A stretch of 32,000 nt of DNA from Acinetobacter wanghuae. GTDB lineage: Bacteria; Pseudomonadota; Gammaproteobacteria; Pseudomonadales; Moraxellaceae. This document shows positions 8,411 to 17,759 of the stretch, one piece after another. The DNA is taken from the NCBI RefSeq assembly GCF_009557235.1, contig NZ_CP045650.1:1260001-1292000 (forward strand), in the 5' to 3' direction. Numbering within the stretch: the stretch's first letter is position 1; the number at the start of each line of letters is the position of its first letter. The notes under the pieces were generated by a model. The model saw only the letters and a list, made by a program, of their open reading frames with translations. It had not been told where the DNA came from and made no database searches. Made by a program: the position numbers and the translations under genes.

Positions 8411-9148
8411 GTGGCATTAAAACTGCTTCCTGCAAGTATGCTTAAAGCAATTGATCTGTTACCAGATCCAGATATTCCCGTGACCTTATTTACCCGACAT
8501 TCCATTCGTGAAAATGTTGCGGGGCAGGGTTTGGCAGGCTATGACTTGCAGTTGACCGAGCAAGGCCGAGATTTAGCCCAAGAATGGGGCGCGTATTTGG
8601 TTGGTCAAACCGATCGTGTCATTCAACAATGCATTTCAAGTCCAATTCAGCGTTGTGTCGATACAGCCGCCCTGATGATTGAAGGTGCGGATCGGATCGC
8701 CTCACAGCGGCATACTCATCATATTGAAATTGTTGAACAAGGTTTATTGGTTGAGCCGGGAAGTTTTGTGCTTGATATTAAGCAGGCAGGTCCGTATTTT
8801 GCCAAACAAGGCGCGCTTGGTTTTATTAATAGCTTTGTGAACAATGCCTTGCCCGGCATGAAACACCCCATTAATGGTGTGGTCGATGTGCTTGAGCTCA
8901 TTTATAACAGCTATCCTAAAACCCATGCAGGGCTAAGCCTTGCGGTCAGTCACGATACCATTTTGGCAGCCATGATTGCCGTGATGTCAGGGCATCAAAC
9001 CGTGAGTCGTGAAGATTGGCCACAAATGATGGAAGGGCTGTTTGTGTGGTTTGAGGGTGATGAGTTCTTAGCATCTGAATTAAAATGGATTTGGCGTGGC
9101 GAAGTACACAGTCTAAATATTGCAAATTTTAAAAAGTCTTTCGCTTAA
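8411..9148 (+). CDS. histidine phosphatase family protein
   Basis: N-terminal catalytic RHS motif (LFTRHSIRE) and a later SHD motif (AVSHDTIL). GTG start at 8411; alternative ATG at 8438. Confidence 0.65.
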   Translation: MALKLLPASMLKAIDLLPDPDIPVTLFTRHSIRENVAGQGLAGYDLQLTEQGRDLAQEWGAYLVGQTDRVIQQCISSPIQRCVDTAALMIEGADRIASQRHTHHIEIVEQGLLVEPGSFVLDIKQAGPYFAKQGALGFINSFVNNALPGMKHPINGVVDVLELIYNSYPKTHAGLSLAVSHDTILAAMIAVMSGHQTVSREDWPQMMEGLFVWFEGDEFLASELKWIWRGEVHSLNIANFKKSFA

Positions 9149-9171
9149 AAAAACGCATTGCATCAATATTC

Positions 9172-9198
9172 GCCCGATTTAATAGATCGGGCTTTTTT
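9172..9198 (+). terminator. rho-independent terminator
   Basis: gcccgat / atcgggc stem followed by TTTTTT. Lies between convergent genes. Confidence 0.7.
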
Positions 9199-9203
9199 GT
9201 GGC

Positions 9204-9719
9204 TTAAATACGCGCTTTGAGACGATTTGGATAGTCGTTTAGATCCAATGTACGTCCTGAATCATTTAATGCCCAAATGGTGGTGTTCGGTGCCGTATTT
9301 TGTTGATGAATACGACTGTATTTATCTGCAGCAATTAAAGTTGCAATTGGGTGCTGAGGAATGGTGTAGGCGCTTACAATTTCTCTTGGATATTGCGTAC
9401 GTCCATAAAATGCGTCCTCAGATTCACCTTGATGCATGGCAATAATATATTCAATGCTAGGCAAGTAAACACCATAAGATAACCAACCATCTACACCTTG
9501 AGAGGCTTGTAATTCAATATTGCCGCGAATATTCGAAATCACCCGTCCTAAAATATCTTTTTCACCTTTGGCAGTGAAATATTCAATGTATTGTTGTTCA
9601 GTCTCTTGGAATTTTTCTAAAGAAGGTAAAAACTGAGTAATCATGCTGAACGTCCAATCGTGCTCTCTATTATTACCTTGAGAATACCATAATATTTTTA
9701 AGGGATTATTTTTATTCAA
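9204..9719 (-). CDS. hypothetical protein (171 aa, soluble, no recognised motif)
   Basis: Long ORF with ordinary codon usage. TTG start with no clear Shine-Dalgarno (SD); internal ATG alternative at 9644. Confidence 0.5.
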   Translation of the reverse strand: MNKNNPLKILWYSQGNNREHDWTFSMITQFLPSLEKFQETEQQYIEYFTAKGEKDILGRVISNIRGNIELQASQGVDGWLSYGVYLPSIEYIIAMHQGESEDAFYGRTQYPREIVSAYTIPQHPIATLIAADKYSRIHQQNTAPNTTIWALNDSGRTLDLNDYPNRLKARI

Positions 9720-9797
9720 CGAGACACATAATCTTTACAGATTTTAAAATCATAATCCTTTATCTATAAGAGGAAATGATCATTAGGGAATAAAGAA

Positions 9798-9935
9798 ATG
9801 AGTAATAAACAACAACCAGCAAGTCCGCAAAAAGAGTCGAATGATGATAAGGGCAAGCAAGATGCGTTAAAGAAAGCTGAACCAGTCAAAAAGCCAAACG
9901 AACAGCCAGAAAATCCAATGAAAGAGCAGAAGTAA
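9798..9935 (+). CDS. possible small hydrophilic K/E/Q/P-rich protein (45 aa)
   Basis: ATG 9798 to TAA 9933-9935: MSNKQQPASPQKESNDDKGKQDALKKAEPVKKPNEQPENPMKEQK. Purine-rich tract upstream. Below the ORF-track size cutoff. Confidence 0.35.
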   Translation: MSNKQQPASPQKESNDDKGKQDALKKAEPVKKPNEQPENPMKEQK

Positions 9936-10057
9936 GCTTTGTGAATTCTTGTCTATAGCGTAGGCGAGATGCTCCTGATAGTAGTTTTTTGGTGATATGT
10001 GTCAGAGAGAATGCACTGAATGACACTTTCGAGAAGTTAAAACTCAAATTTCAGACA

Positions 10058-10085
10058 TAAAAAAAGCCCTAAAAAGGGCTCTTTT
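10058..10085 (-). terminator. rpsT terminator
   Basis: agccct / agggct stem with a T-run on the minus strand. Confidence 0.7.
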
Positions 10086-10097
10086 CATTGCAACAAA

Positions 10098-10364
10098 TTA
10101 GTTAGCTAATGCTTTAACTTGTGCGTTCAAACGGCTCTTATGACGAGCAGCTTTGTTCTTATGGATGATGCCTTTGTCAGCCATACGGTCGATAACTGGA
10201 ACCGCAGTTTTGTAAGCTTCTGAAGCAACAGCATAATCGCCAGCAGCAATAGCAGCTACTGTACGTTTAAGATACGTACGAACCATAGAACGTAAGCTTG
10301 CGTTGTGTTTGCGTGCTTTAACGTTTTGACGAGCACGTTTTTTAGCTTGAGCAGAGTTTGCCAC
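10098..10364 (-). CDS. rpsT: 30S ribosomal protein S20
   Basis: [33 protein letters not shown].. is canonical bS20. Confidence 0.97.
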   Translation of the reverse strand: MANSAQAKKRARQNVKARKHNASLRSMVRTYLKRTVAAIAAGDYAVASEAYKTAVPVIDRMADKGIIHKNKAARHKSRLNAQVKALAN

Positions 10365-10578
10365 TCGTGCACTCCTTAAAATAGATTGGTCTGGGCGGGC
10401 TGAAACTCAACTGAAAACCAACATCAGAAGAACTATCACCAGCCCGTAAACAAGTGCCATATTTTGATTAAACTAAGCACCGAAGTCAAGTCTTGACTTG
10501 CTTTGACAACATTTTAGATGCAGAAAAACTCTAAAGAAAACGTTAGATTAGTATTCAAGCATCTATATTGTATAAAAA

Positions 10579-11244
10579 ATGACTAAATCTATCAAAAGTT
10601 CAATTGTAATCGGAGCGACGGGATTAGTGGGTTTAGCGCTCATTCGTGCTCTTGAAAATGAAACATCTTGTGAAAATATCACTGCTGTGGTCAGAACCTT
10701 CTCACCTGTATTGCAGGGATACAAAAAAGTGCAGCAATTGATTTTAGCCGATTTTCTGATGCTCAATGATCGGGATGTGGCAAATCATAGTCATGCATTT
10801 AGCTGTTTAGGCACGACCTTGAAAAAAGCCGGCTCTAAAGCCAATTTTTATGATGTTGATTATTTCATCAATGCGCACTTTGCAGAATTGGTACAGCAAA
10901 CAGATGCACATTATTTACTGCTTAGCGCCATGGGCGCGAATGATCACTCGGCATTTTTCTATAATCGGGTGAAAGGCGAGTTAGAAAGCTATGTGAAAAG
11001 TTTAGACTTCAATCAGCTTAGTTTAATTCAGCCTTCTTTGTTGCTCGGTGAACGAGCAGAGCAGCGTTTTCTAGAAGATCATGTGCAAAAGCTCTATCAG
11101 CGTCTTTCGCATTTTGTGCCGAATTCATTTAAGTATAAGCCAGTGACACCCGAGCAAGTGGCTCATACTATGGTCGCAGCAGCACTGAATCAAACAGCAA
11201 AATTTGAAACTTATGATAATTTAGCCATACAAAAAATCAAATGA
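10579..11244 (+). CDS. NAD(P)H-binding protein, atypical SDR (YraR/HTATIP2-like)
   Basis: N-terminal Rossmann motif VIGATGLVG. 221 aa. Confidence 0.7.
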   Translation: MTKSIKSSIVIGATGLVGLALIRALENETSCENITAVVRTFSPVLQGYKKVQQLILADFLMLNDRDVANHSHAFSCLGTTLKKAGSKANFYDVDYFINAHFAELVQQTDAHYLLLSAMGANDHSAFFYNRVKGELESYVKSLDFNQLSLIQPSLLLGERAEQRFLEDHVQKLYQRLSHFVPNSFKYKPVTPEQVAHTMVAAALNQTAKFETYDNLAIQKIK

Positions 11245-11254
11245 GGGAAGAGCA

Positions 11255-11764
11255 GTGACGACAGCAGCATTTGTGACATGTGATTTACTAGATGACAATT
11301 CAGATAAAGCCTTATACGTAGTCACACCATGTCTTGATGGCAAGTTTTTCAAGAGCTACGGCGCACGTAAAACCTTTGGTGGACAGATCGTGACCGTGAA
11401 ATGCTTTGAAGATAATTCGCGTGTAAAAGAATTGTTGGCAACGGATGGTACAGGCAAAGTATTGGTGGTTGATGGTGGCGCGTCTATGCGCTGTGCGTTA
11501 ATGGGAGACTTGATTGCCGAGTCTGCGGTAAAAAACCATTGGAACGGTGTGATTATCTATGGTTGCGTACGTGACGTGGATGCGATTGCTGAATTAGATT
11601 TAGGTGTACATGCCTTGGCTGCAATCCCACAAAAGAGCAATCGTAAAGGCGTAGGCGAAGTTGATATTCCGCTACATTTTGGTGGGGTAACTTTTAAGTC
11701 GGGTGAATATGTTTATGCAGATAACAATGGCATTATTCTATCTGCGGAAAAATTAGTAGATTAA
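11255..11764 (+). CDS. rraA: ribonuclease E activity regulator RraA
   Basis: TCDLLDDN.., GGQIVTVKCFEDNS, VLVVDGGAS.RCALMGDLIA and GVIIYGCVRD are typical of RraA. GTG start. Confidence 0.85.
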   Translation: MTTAAFVTCDLLDDNSDKALYVVTPCLDGKFFKSYGARKTFGGQIVTVKCFEDNSRVKELLATDGTGKVLVVDGGASMRCALMGDLIAESAVKNHWNGVIIYGCVRDVDAIAELDLGVHALAAIPQKSNRKGVGEVDIPLHFGGVTFKSGEYVYADNNGIILSAEKLVD

Positions 11765-11864
11765 TCGTGAATATTACAGCTGCTTAACATAAATCCAATC
11801 TGAATTGAAGGTAGATGTGTGATATGTGTGCCTTCAGTCATAAAATAACAATGAGGATGAACCG

Positions 11865-12644
11865 ATGTTGACCCATCAAATAAAAGTGGTACAAGCACTT
11901 GCCTCTGCACTCACGGAAGGTGGACGTGGTACCACAGGTACGCCATTCCCTAAACAGCCTAAACAAGCATTGAAGCTTTATGAGTACGAAGGCTCGCCAT
12001 TTTGTCGCCGTGTGCGTGAAGTGCTCACGTTGCTCAACTTAGATTATGAGGTTTATCCTTGTCCTCGTGGGGGAAAACGATTCCGACCGATCGTGAAAGA
12101 ACTGGGTGGGAAACTACAATTTCCGTTTTTAGTCGATGAAAATACAGGCGATCGACTTTATGAATCACAGGATATTATTCATCACTTGTTTAAGCATTAT
12201 GGTAAGACAGGTACGACACCAAAAAAATATGCACATTATCCTAAAATTCCAGTTCTAGCTGTTGCAGGTACAGTCATCAACGGTTTACGCGGTGGTATGG
12301 CAAACTCAGGCAATCAAGCGCGTACAGCACCGACGCAGCTACTTGAATTGTGGGGCTTTGAAGCAAGTCCTTATACGCGAATTGTGCGTGGTGTGTTAAC
12401 AGAGCTGGAATTGCCTTTTATTTTTCATAATGTCGCCAAAGAGCGCTGGCAAGATCAAGGTCTCGCAAAACTGCGATTAAAGCCCGGAAAATATGTACCA
12501 CTGCAAGGTGGAAAGCGTGAACAAGTACTCAAAGTCATGGGTGATAATATTCAAGTGCCTTATTTGGTTGATGCCAATACAGGGACTTCATTATTTGAAT
12601 CCGAGGATATTGTGAAATATCTCAAAAAACAGTATGGCGAATGA
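11865..12644 (+). CDS. tandem glutaredoxin/GST N-terminal (thioredoxin-fold) domain protein
   Basis: Two repeats of the pattern L(Y/W)..E.SP(F/Y).R.V...L.EL.., FP(Y)LVD.NTG..L.ES.DI..(H/Y)L. Confidence 0.65.
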   Translation: MLTHQIKVVQALASALTEGGRGTTGTPFPKQPKQALKLYEYEGSPFCRRVREVLTLLNLDYEVYPCPRGGKRFRPIVKELGGKLQFPFLVDENTGDRLYESQDIIHHLFKHYGKTGTTPKKYAHYPKIPVLAVAGTVINGLRGGMANSGNQARTAPTQLLELWGFEASPYTRIVRGVLTELELPFIFHNVAKERWQDQGLAKLRLKPGKYVPLQGGKREQVLKVMGDNIQVPYLVDANTGTSLFESEDIVKYLKKQYGE

Positions 12645-12828
12645 AAAACCGTATGTAAGAAAGATGAAATTTTGCAGCGCGTCTTTTAATATTGAAAGAC
12701 GTTCTGCGCGATATCAAGTTGAAAATTAAAAAAATCGATGAAAATAAGTAACATAAAGCATGATTTATCCTGATAATTTGATTATATTTTAGTCTTTGAG
12801 CATTTTATTTTTATTTTGGGGAGTGCAC

Positions 12829-13512
12829 ATGACGGCACATGATGCGGTATTGCCTGTACCTGTACTGATTATTGAAGATGATCATGTGATCCAAACACGG
12901 TTAAAACTCATTTTGACTCAGCTCGGTTATCACCCAGACACATTAGTGTTTGCAAGTCATGTCTTTGAGGCGAAGCAAATTCTAGCACAACAACAATTCT
13001 CTCTCGCGCTGATTGATCTGGGCTTACCTGATGGAAGTGGTATTTCAATTATTGAACATATCCGCGAGCAAGATCATCCGACTTTAATTTTGGTGATTTC
13101 CGCATGGAGTACGCAAGACAGCCTATTTACCGCTATTAAGGCAGGTGCGACGGGCTATGTGCTTAAAGAACGTGATGATACGGAAGTCACGCTCGCGATT
13201 CGCAGTATTCTACGTGGAGGCGCACCGATTGATCCTTTTATTGCACAAGCCATTTTAAAACAAATTGCGCAAGATCCAGAGCAAGTAGATGTTAAAGCAG
13301 AAAAAATCAATCCTGATCAGGAGGTCTTAACGGCACGAGAAAAAGAAATTTTGACCTTGGTCTCACAAGGTTTGAGTAATCGTGAGATTGCTGATCAACT
13401 GTTTCTGTCACGCTATACCGTTGAAAGTCATATTAAGCATCTTTATCGAAAACTTGCGGTTTCAAAACGGACCAAAGCAGTGAGCACAGCGCGCTCATTG
13501 GGTATTTTGTAG
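12829..13512 (+). CDS. response regulator, NarL/FixJ (LuxR) family
   Basis: Receiver domain (VLIIEDD, LIDLGLPDGSG) plus LuxR HTH (LTAREKEILTLVSQGLSNREIADQLFLSRYTVESHIKHLYRKL). GGGGAG SD 5 nt before ATG 12829. Confidence 0.9.
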   Translation: MTAHDAVLPVPVLIIEDDHVIQTRLKLILTQLGYHPDTLVFASHVFEAKQILAQQQFSLALIDLGLPDGSGISIIEHIREQDHPTLILVISAWSTQDSLFTAIKAGATGYVLKERDDTEVTLAIRSILRGGAPIDPFIAQAILKQIAQDPEQVDVKAEKINPDQEVLTAREKEILTLVSQGLSNREIADQLFLSRYTVESHIKHLYRKLAVSKRTKAVSTARSLGIL

Positions 13513-15398
13513 TGCAATGCTTGGCTCGGTGCTTGAAGTGGGTAAGCTTCGTTGTATTTGGCTGCATATGTGCTCAGGTTATTGCCGTACAAAGCTACGA
13601 TATTAATGCGCAATGTCGGGTAGATGTCACAGAAGTGGCAAAGGTGAAAACTGAAGATAATAGCAAGATCCCGACAACAGGTTGGGAGCCGACACAGCTG
13701 CCAGATAATTGGTCGAAGTCTTGGTCAGGCTATAATGGCGCAGCATGGTATAAAATTCATTGGCACTTGGCTTGCCAAAATCAACATTCGATTACAGAAC
13801 CGATCGCTTTTTCGATAGATTATATCAATAGTGCTGGGGCAACATTTCTGAATGGCGATCTGCTTTGGTCAGATCGTCATTTACAAGAACCGCTGTCTAA
13901 AAGTTGGAATGTGCCGCGTTATTGGATTTTCCCCATCAGTAGCCTAAAGCCGGGGAATAATGAAATTTTGATCTATGTCACGGGTTATCATTATCAAAAA
14001 GCAGGTTTAGGTAAAATTGAATTTAATAACTTGCTGAATAATAACGAAAAGCACTTAAAGAAAGTGTGGGATCGACGTACCTTATTTCAAATTAATTTAA
14101 TATTATCGGGTACGATTGGCGTTATTTGTTTGGTGATTTGGCTGTTCCGCCGTAGTGAAACCACATTTGGTTGGTTCTCTTTAAGCTGTTTATTATGGAT
14201 TTTATTTGTCTCTAATTTACTGAGTACTGAAAACTTCCCATTTTCGTCATCTCTTTGGGCAAGTAAGGTCAATGGTATTTTTTTCGCAGCTTATATTCAT
14301 TGTTTTATCATTTATCTGTTTCGTTTTATTCATCAACAAAATAAAAAGCTTGAACACACGTTTTGGGGCATTCTACTGTTATTGAGTGTGGCTTTGCTGC
14401 TCAGTTCAATTGATGTTTTAGCCATTTTACTGAGTTTTGTTTTTGCGCTGTATATTTTACTTTTTGTATTGATGGTGGCTTATGTCAGCTATAGCGCAGT
14501 AAAAACGAAAAATGGTGAATTCTTATTTTTAGCCATTTGTCTTTTAAGTATTTTATTTTTTATCTCCATCGATATTTATACTTATAACCAAGATGGTGCG
14601 AGTGAATCTTCGCTGTTGTCTCCTTATACATCGCCTGTCATTACAGCTTTTGTCGTCCTAATTTTAGGTTTTAGATTGAATAAAAATTTGCTGAAAATTG
14701 AGAGATTTAATCAACATCTGACTGAAAAAATACAAATGGTCAGCCAAGATTTAAAGCAAAGTTTAGACGAAAAACATCAGCTTGAAATTGATAATGTGCG
14801 CTTGCAAGAGCGTATTCATTTATCCCATGAACTCCATGATGGTTTAGGCGCATCTTTGGTTCGTTCGATGGTTTTAGTCGATCAAAGTGCGGATCAGATT
14901 CCCAATAAACATGTGCTTTCTATGTTGAAAGTACTGCGAGATGATTTACGTCAAATTATTGACAGTGGTTCATCGCTGAATACCAAGGTGCCAGAAACGC
15001 CAATTTTTTGGATTGCACCGGTCCGTTATCGCTTTATGCAGTTAATGGAAGATTTAGACATAGACGTGAAATGGGATTTTCCACAACATTGGGCGAAAGT
15101 ACCGACAGCCATTCAATGTTTGAGCCTGATTCGCATTGTAGAAGAAGGCTTAACCAATGTGATTAAACATAGCCAAGCGACTCAAGTAAAAGTGAGCTTA
15201 GCTTATGTATCAGAACATGCATTAGCACTAATTGTTGAAGATAATGGTGTGGGCTTTGATATTGAAAGTGTGCAGCAACATGGTTTGAGCATTGGTATGC
15301 GCAGTATGCATTTACGAATGGAGAAAATGGGCGGCAGCTTGAACATTGAATCACGTAAAGGCTGTACGCGCATTCAAGCGATTATTGAGTTGACTTGA
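13512..15398 (+). CDS. sensor histidine kinase with 7TMR-DISM-type periplasmic and 7-TM input module, HisKA_3 + HATPase_c
   Basis: Signal/TM segment, a periplasmic domain of about 170 aa, about 7 TM helices, a coiled coil, H-box LSHELHDGLGASL, and the ATPase N and G boxes (EEGLTNVIKHS, DNGVGF). GTG start overlaps the response-regulator stop (TAGTG). Confidence 0.85.
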   Translation: MQCLARCLKWVSFVVFGCICAQVIAVQSYDINAQCRVDVTEVAKVKTEDNSKIPTTGWEPTQLPDNWSKSWSGYNGAAWYKIHWHLACQNQHSITEPIAFSIDYINSAGATFLNGDLLWSDRHLQEPLSKSWNVPRYWIFPISSLKPGNNEILIYVTGYHYQKAGLGKIEFNNLLNNNEKHLKKVWDRRTLFQINLILSGTIGVICLVIWLFRRSETTFGWFSLSCLLWILFVSNLLSTENFPFSSSLWASKVNGIFFAAYIHCFIIYLFRFIHQQNKKLEHTFWGILLLLSVALLLSSIDVLAILLSFVFALYILLFVLMVAYVSYSAVKTKNGEFLFLAICLLSILFFISIDIYTYNQDGASESSLLSPYTSPVITAFVVLILGFRLNKNLLKIERFNQHLTEKIQMVSQDLKQSLDEKHQLEIDNVRLQERIHLSHELHDGLGASLVRSMVLVDQSADQIPNKHVLSMLKVLRDDLRQIIDSGSSLNTKVPETPIFWIAPVRYRFMQLMEDLDIDVKWDFPQHWAKVPTAIQCLSLIRIVEEGLTNVIKHSQATQVKVSLAYVSEHALALIVEDNGVGFDIESVQQHGLSIGMRSMHLRMEKMGGSLNIESRKGCTRIQAIIELT

Positions 15399-15414
15399 GC
15401 GGGTTTTATTGAGT

Positions 15415-15446
15415 GAAAAAAGAGGATCATCGGATCCTCTTTTTTA
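15415..15446. terminator. bidirectional terminator
   Basis: A-run, agaggatc / gatcctct stem, T-run. Lies between convergent genes. Confidence 0.75.
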
Positions 15447-15455
15447 ATACGTTGA

Positions 15456-16625
15456 TTATTCTTCTTCAGCAGGTGGCACCAGCATAATTACCGAATCATT
15501 TAATAAGGCTGCCATATCTTCAAGAATATCTTCATCTGCAAAGTTTTCATCAAACAGAATATCTTGACCATCGGCAATTTGTTTAAGCGATTGAGTAAAT
15601 TGTTCTGAAATACAAATTCCTTCACCATTTGCCCAGAACATGATTTCATCATCTTCTTCGGTATAAAGTAGGCGAGAGGCAGGCTCAAGCATGATGCGAT
15701 AACCTTGATCAATCGCCTCCATCAAGTCGCCTGTACCAATTTCTTCAGCTTCAGGAATATTTTCAGGGTACTTCGGCTCAGACATCAAACTCATGATGGC
15801 ATCTTCAAGCACATTTGAATTGTGCAGTTGTTCCATGATTTTGGTTTTGAGATATTCAAGCTCATTGCCTGTCACTTCACCGACTTTTGAAACCTGATCA
15901 CGGATGATATCTGTGAGCGGATTACGCAAGGCTTCATTGTCAGAGAATTTATCACCCACACGATCCATCATGTCGCTGACATTCGGCATGCGGAAACCAA
16001 ATGAGTAGGTCAAGCAATCATCCTCTGCCACGCCGTAGTGTGAAAGACCGGGTGGTACATAGAGTAAATCACCGGGTGCAAGCACTTCATCAAAATTCAC
16101 ATCCATCTCTGGAAGTAATTTTAAGGGCTGACCCGCAACAAAGTCTGTTTCAGCATCGCACATTTGACCGAGTTGCCAACGGCGGTGACCATAGCCTTGT
16201 ACAAGGAAGACGTCATAAAAGTCGAAGTGTTTGCCGACAGAGCCACCTTGTGGGGCATAAGACACCATAATATCATCACGACGCCACTGTGGAATAAATG
16301 GGAATTTCTTCCACATTGCTGCCAAGTCAAATGAATAATGATCAATCGCTTGTACTAAAAGCGTCCATAGCTTTGGCATTTTTTGGAAATCAGCCTTAAG
16401 TAAAGGTGATGATTTCACTGACCATTGATTTGGATCACGATCTTTTTGCTTGATTAAACGTGCAGTCACGTTTTCATCTAAGGCAAGTTCAAGAACGTCA
16501 TTCGGTTCGAGAATGTTAGCAATCTCAGGAATTGCATTACGGACAAGGAGGGGTTTTTTCTGCCAATATTCAGCAAGGAATTGTTCAGCGGTGATACCGC
16601 CTAATACATCTAAAGGCTGGGACAT
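15456..16625 (-). CDS. roxA: JmjC/cupin ribosomal protein uL16 arginine hydroxylase (RoxA/YcfD-like)
   Basis: By recall it aligns along its length with E. coli YcfD (YWQKKPLLVRNA, WTLLVQAIDH, GGSVGKHFDFYDVFLVQGYGHRRW, PGDLLYVPPG.SH). Start taken at MSQPLDVLGG (ATG 16625). Confidence 0.8.
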   Translation of the reverse strand: MSQPLDVLGGITAEQFLAEYWQKKPLLVRNAIPEIANILEPNDVLELALDENVTARLIKQKDRDPNQWSVKSSPLLKADFQKMPKLWTLLVQAIDHYSFDLAAMWKKFPFIPQWRRDDIMVSYAPQGGSVGKHFDFYDVFLVQGYGHRRWQLGQMCDAETDFVAGQPLKLLPEMDVNFDEVLAPGDLLYVPPGLSHYGVAEDDCLTYSFGFRMPNVSDMMDRVGDKFSDNEALRNPLTDIIRDQVSKVGEVTGNELEYLKTKIMEQLHNSNVLEDAIMSLMSEPKYPENIPEAEEIGTGDLMEAIDQGYRIMLEPASRLLYTEEDDEIMFWANGEGICISEQFTQSLKQIADGQDILFDENFADEDILEDMAALLNDSVIMLVPPAEEE

Positions 16626-16801
16626 GATAAGGACTACAATTAAATTTGGCTTATTGTCCCTTGAACAGTAGAAGCTCTGCAAGTGACAGAGCTTGAAAAG
16701 CGTGTATTTTCTTGTTGATACGGCTTACAAAAGGGTATCTTTAATAATTGAACATAACTGGTTTTAAAAAATCAGAATTTCTATTTTGGGGTTATAATTT
16801 C

Positions 16802-16829
16802 ATTTCGTATAACAGCCATTATGTTAAAT
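16802..16829 (+). other. pdif (XerC/XerD recombination) site, C/D orientation
   Basis: ATTTCGTATAA-CAGCCA-TTATGTTAAAT. The XerD arm is 11/11 identical to the E. coli dif XerD arm. The XerC arm equals the Acinetobacter plasmid pdif/Re27 XerC arm. Confidence 0.8.
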
Positions 16830-16835
16830 GGATGT

Positions 16836-16860
16836 AAAAAGGCCTCAAATTTGAGGCCTA
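16836..16860 (-). terminator. terminator of the cassette gene (inside the dif module)
   Basis: aggcctcaa / ttgaggcct stem with a T-run on the minus strand. Confidence 0.75.
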
Positions 16861-16886
16861 TAAATTCTTCGGTATTACACCATATA

Positions 16887-17639
16887 TTATTCAAGAGGCA
16901 ACTTGAGAATTGTGCCCTTTGCTACTGAATAAGCTTCTACATGACCAGAAATTTTTGCCTGATCATCAACATAGTGAGCATGAAAATACTCATTTGGGTG
17001 GGTTACTACACTTTCTAATTGAGGACCACTATAGATTCCAATCAATTGTCCTTGAGCATTAAGATTATTAAAAATATGCTTTTCTACATGATGTTTTTTT
17101 GTATGAGGGGCATGGCTGAATGTGTGCTCATTCATTGTCTGAGTTTTTTTACCTGTTACAACATGCCAACGTAATTCAGGATATTTCCCTTGCAGACGAA
17201 ATACAAACGGTTGTTCAGTTGATAATCCTAATCGTTTTGCCTCTTTGAGAATGAATTCTTCTAATTGGGATTGATTCATATCCACGGGTAAGGAAATATC
17301 ATGCCATTTCGATACTTGGCCACTTGCGAAAAGAAAGGCCTGTTCATTAGGATCATGAGGCAAGATTTTTCCTTCTAAATCACTACCTGGACTGACTAGA
17401 ATTTTGCCATCAATTTGAATAATTTCACCTGTACGTCCCGCAAGTGCCCCTAGCCCCCAGGTATTTTCCTGTTGTGGTACTTCTGATAGTTTAATAGTGC
17501 CTCGATCATCACCGGTATAGATCATATGTTTAAAGTTACCGGAATGAGTAAATTTGAAAGGCATATCTGCAGCAATAGAACTAGTAGTGATTGTACTAGC
17601 AATAGCTAAGATGCTGAAAAGACGATTTAAATGATTCAT
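16887..17639 (-). CDS. secreted protein with alpha-acetolactate decarboxylase-like (ALDC) fold
   Basis: Sec signal peptide (..TSSIA/ADM). The pattern HMIYTGDDRGTIKLSEV...GLGALAGRTGEIIQIDGKI and the C-terminal FHAHYVDDQAKISGHV resemble ALDC motifs (S.L..G.YDG, GIGTF..LDGELI, GYHLHF.....GGHV). Similarity judged by eye only. Confidence 0.5.
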   Translation of the reverse strand: MNHLNRLFSILAIASTITTSSIAADMPFKFTHSGNFKHMIYTGDDRGTIKLSEVPQQENTWGLGALAGRTGEIIQIDGKILVSPGSDLEGKILPHDPNEQAFLFASGQVSKWHDISLPVDMNQSQLEEFILKEAKRLGLSTEQPFVFRLQGKYPELRWHVVTGKKTQTMNEHTFSHAPHTKKHHVEKHIFNNLNAQGQLIGIYSGPQLESVVTHPNEYFHAHYVDDQAKISGHVEAYSVAKGTILKLPLE

Positions 17640-17759
17640 TTTGATTTCAATATTTAGAGAGTATAGCTATTAGAAGAGAAACCAATAACTTAGTCAATCT
17701 GAACAAATGATTACTCAAAGTTATTATAATTTCGATATTCTGAAGTTAAGAATCTCTAA

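Noticed and set aside
10483-10499. 17-bp palindrome AAGTCAAG-T-CTTGACTT in the divergent rpsT / NAD-binding-protein promoter region.
   Set aside because: It could be an operator, but it is equally well explained as two back-to-back TTGACT -35 hexamers for the divergent promoters. The sequence alone cannot distinguish these.
11785-11793. ttaacataa, the core of a XerD arm, downstream of rraA.
   Set aside because: The flanking 11-6-11 context (gcttaacataa-atccaa-tctgaattgaa) has no XerC-like arm. A single 9-mer hit is expected by chance in AT-rich DNA.
11808-11838. Hairpin tgaagg..ccttca downstream of rraA, considered as a terminator or riboswitch element.
   Set aside because: The 6-bp stem has a 19-nt loop, no T-run and no recognisable riboswitch consensus. 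Evidence is insufficient.
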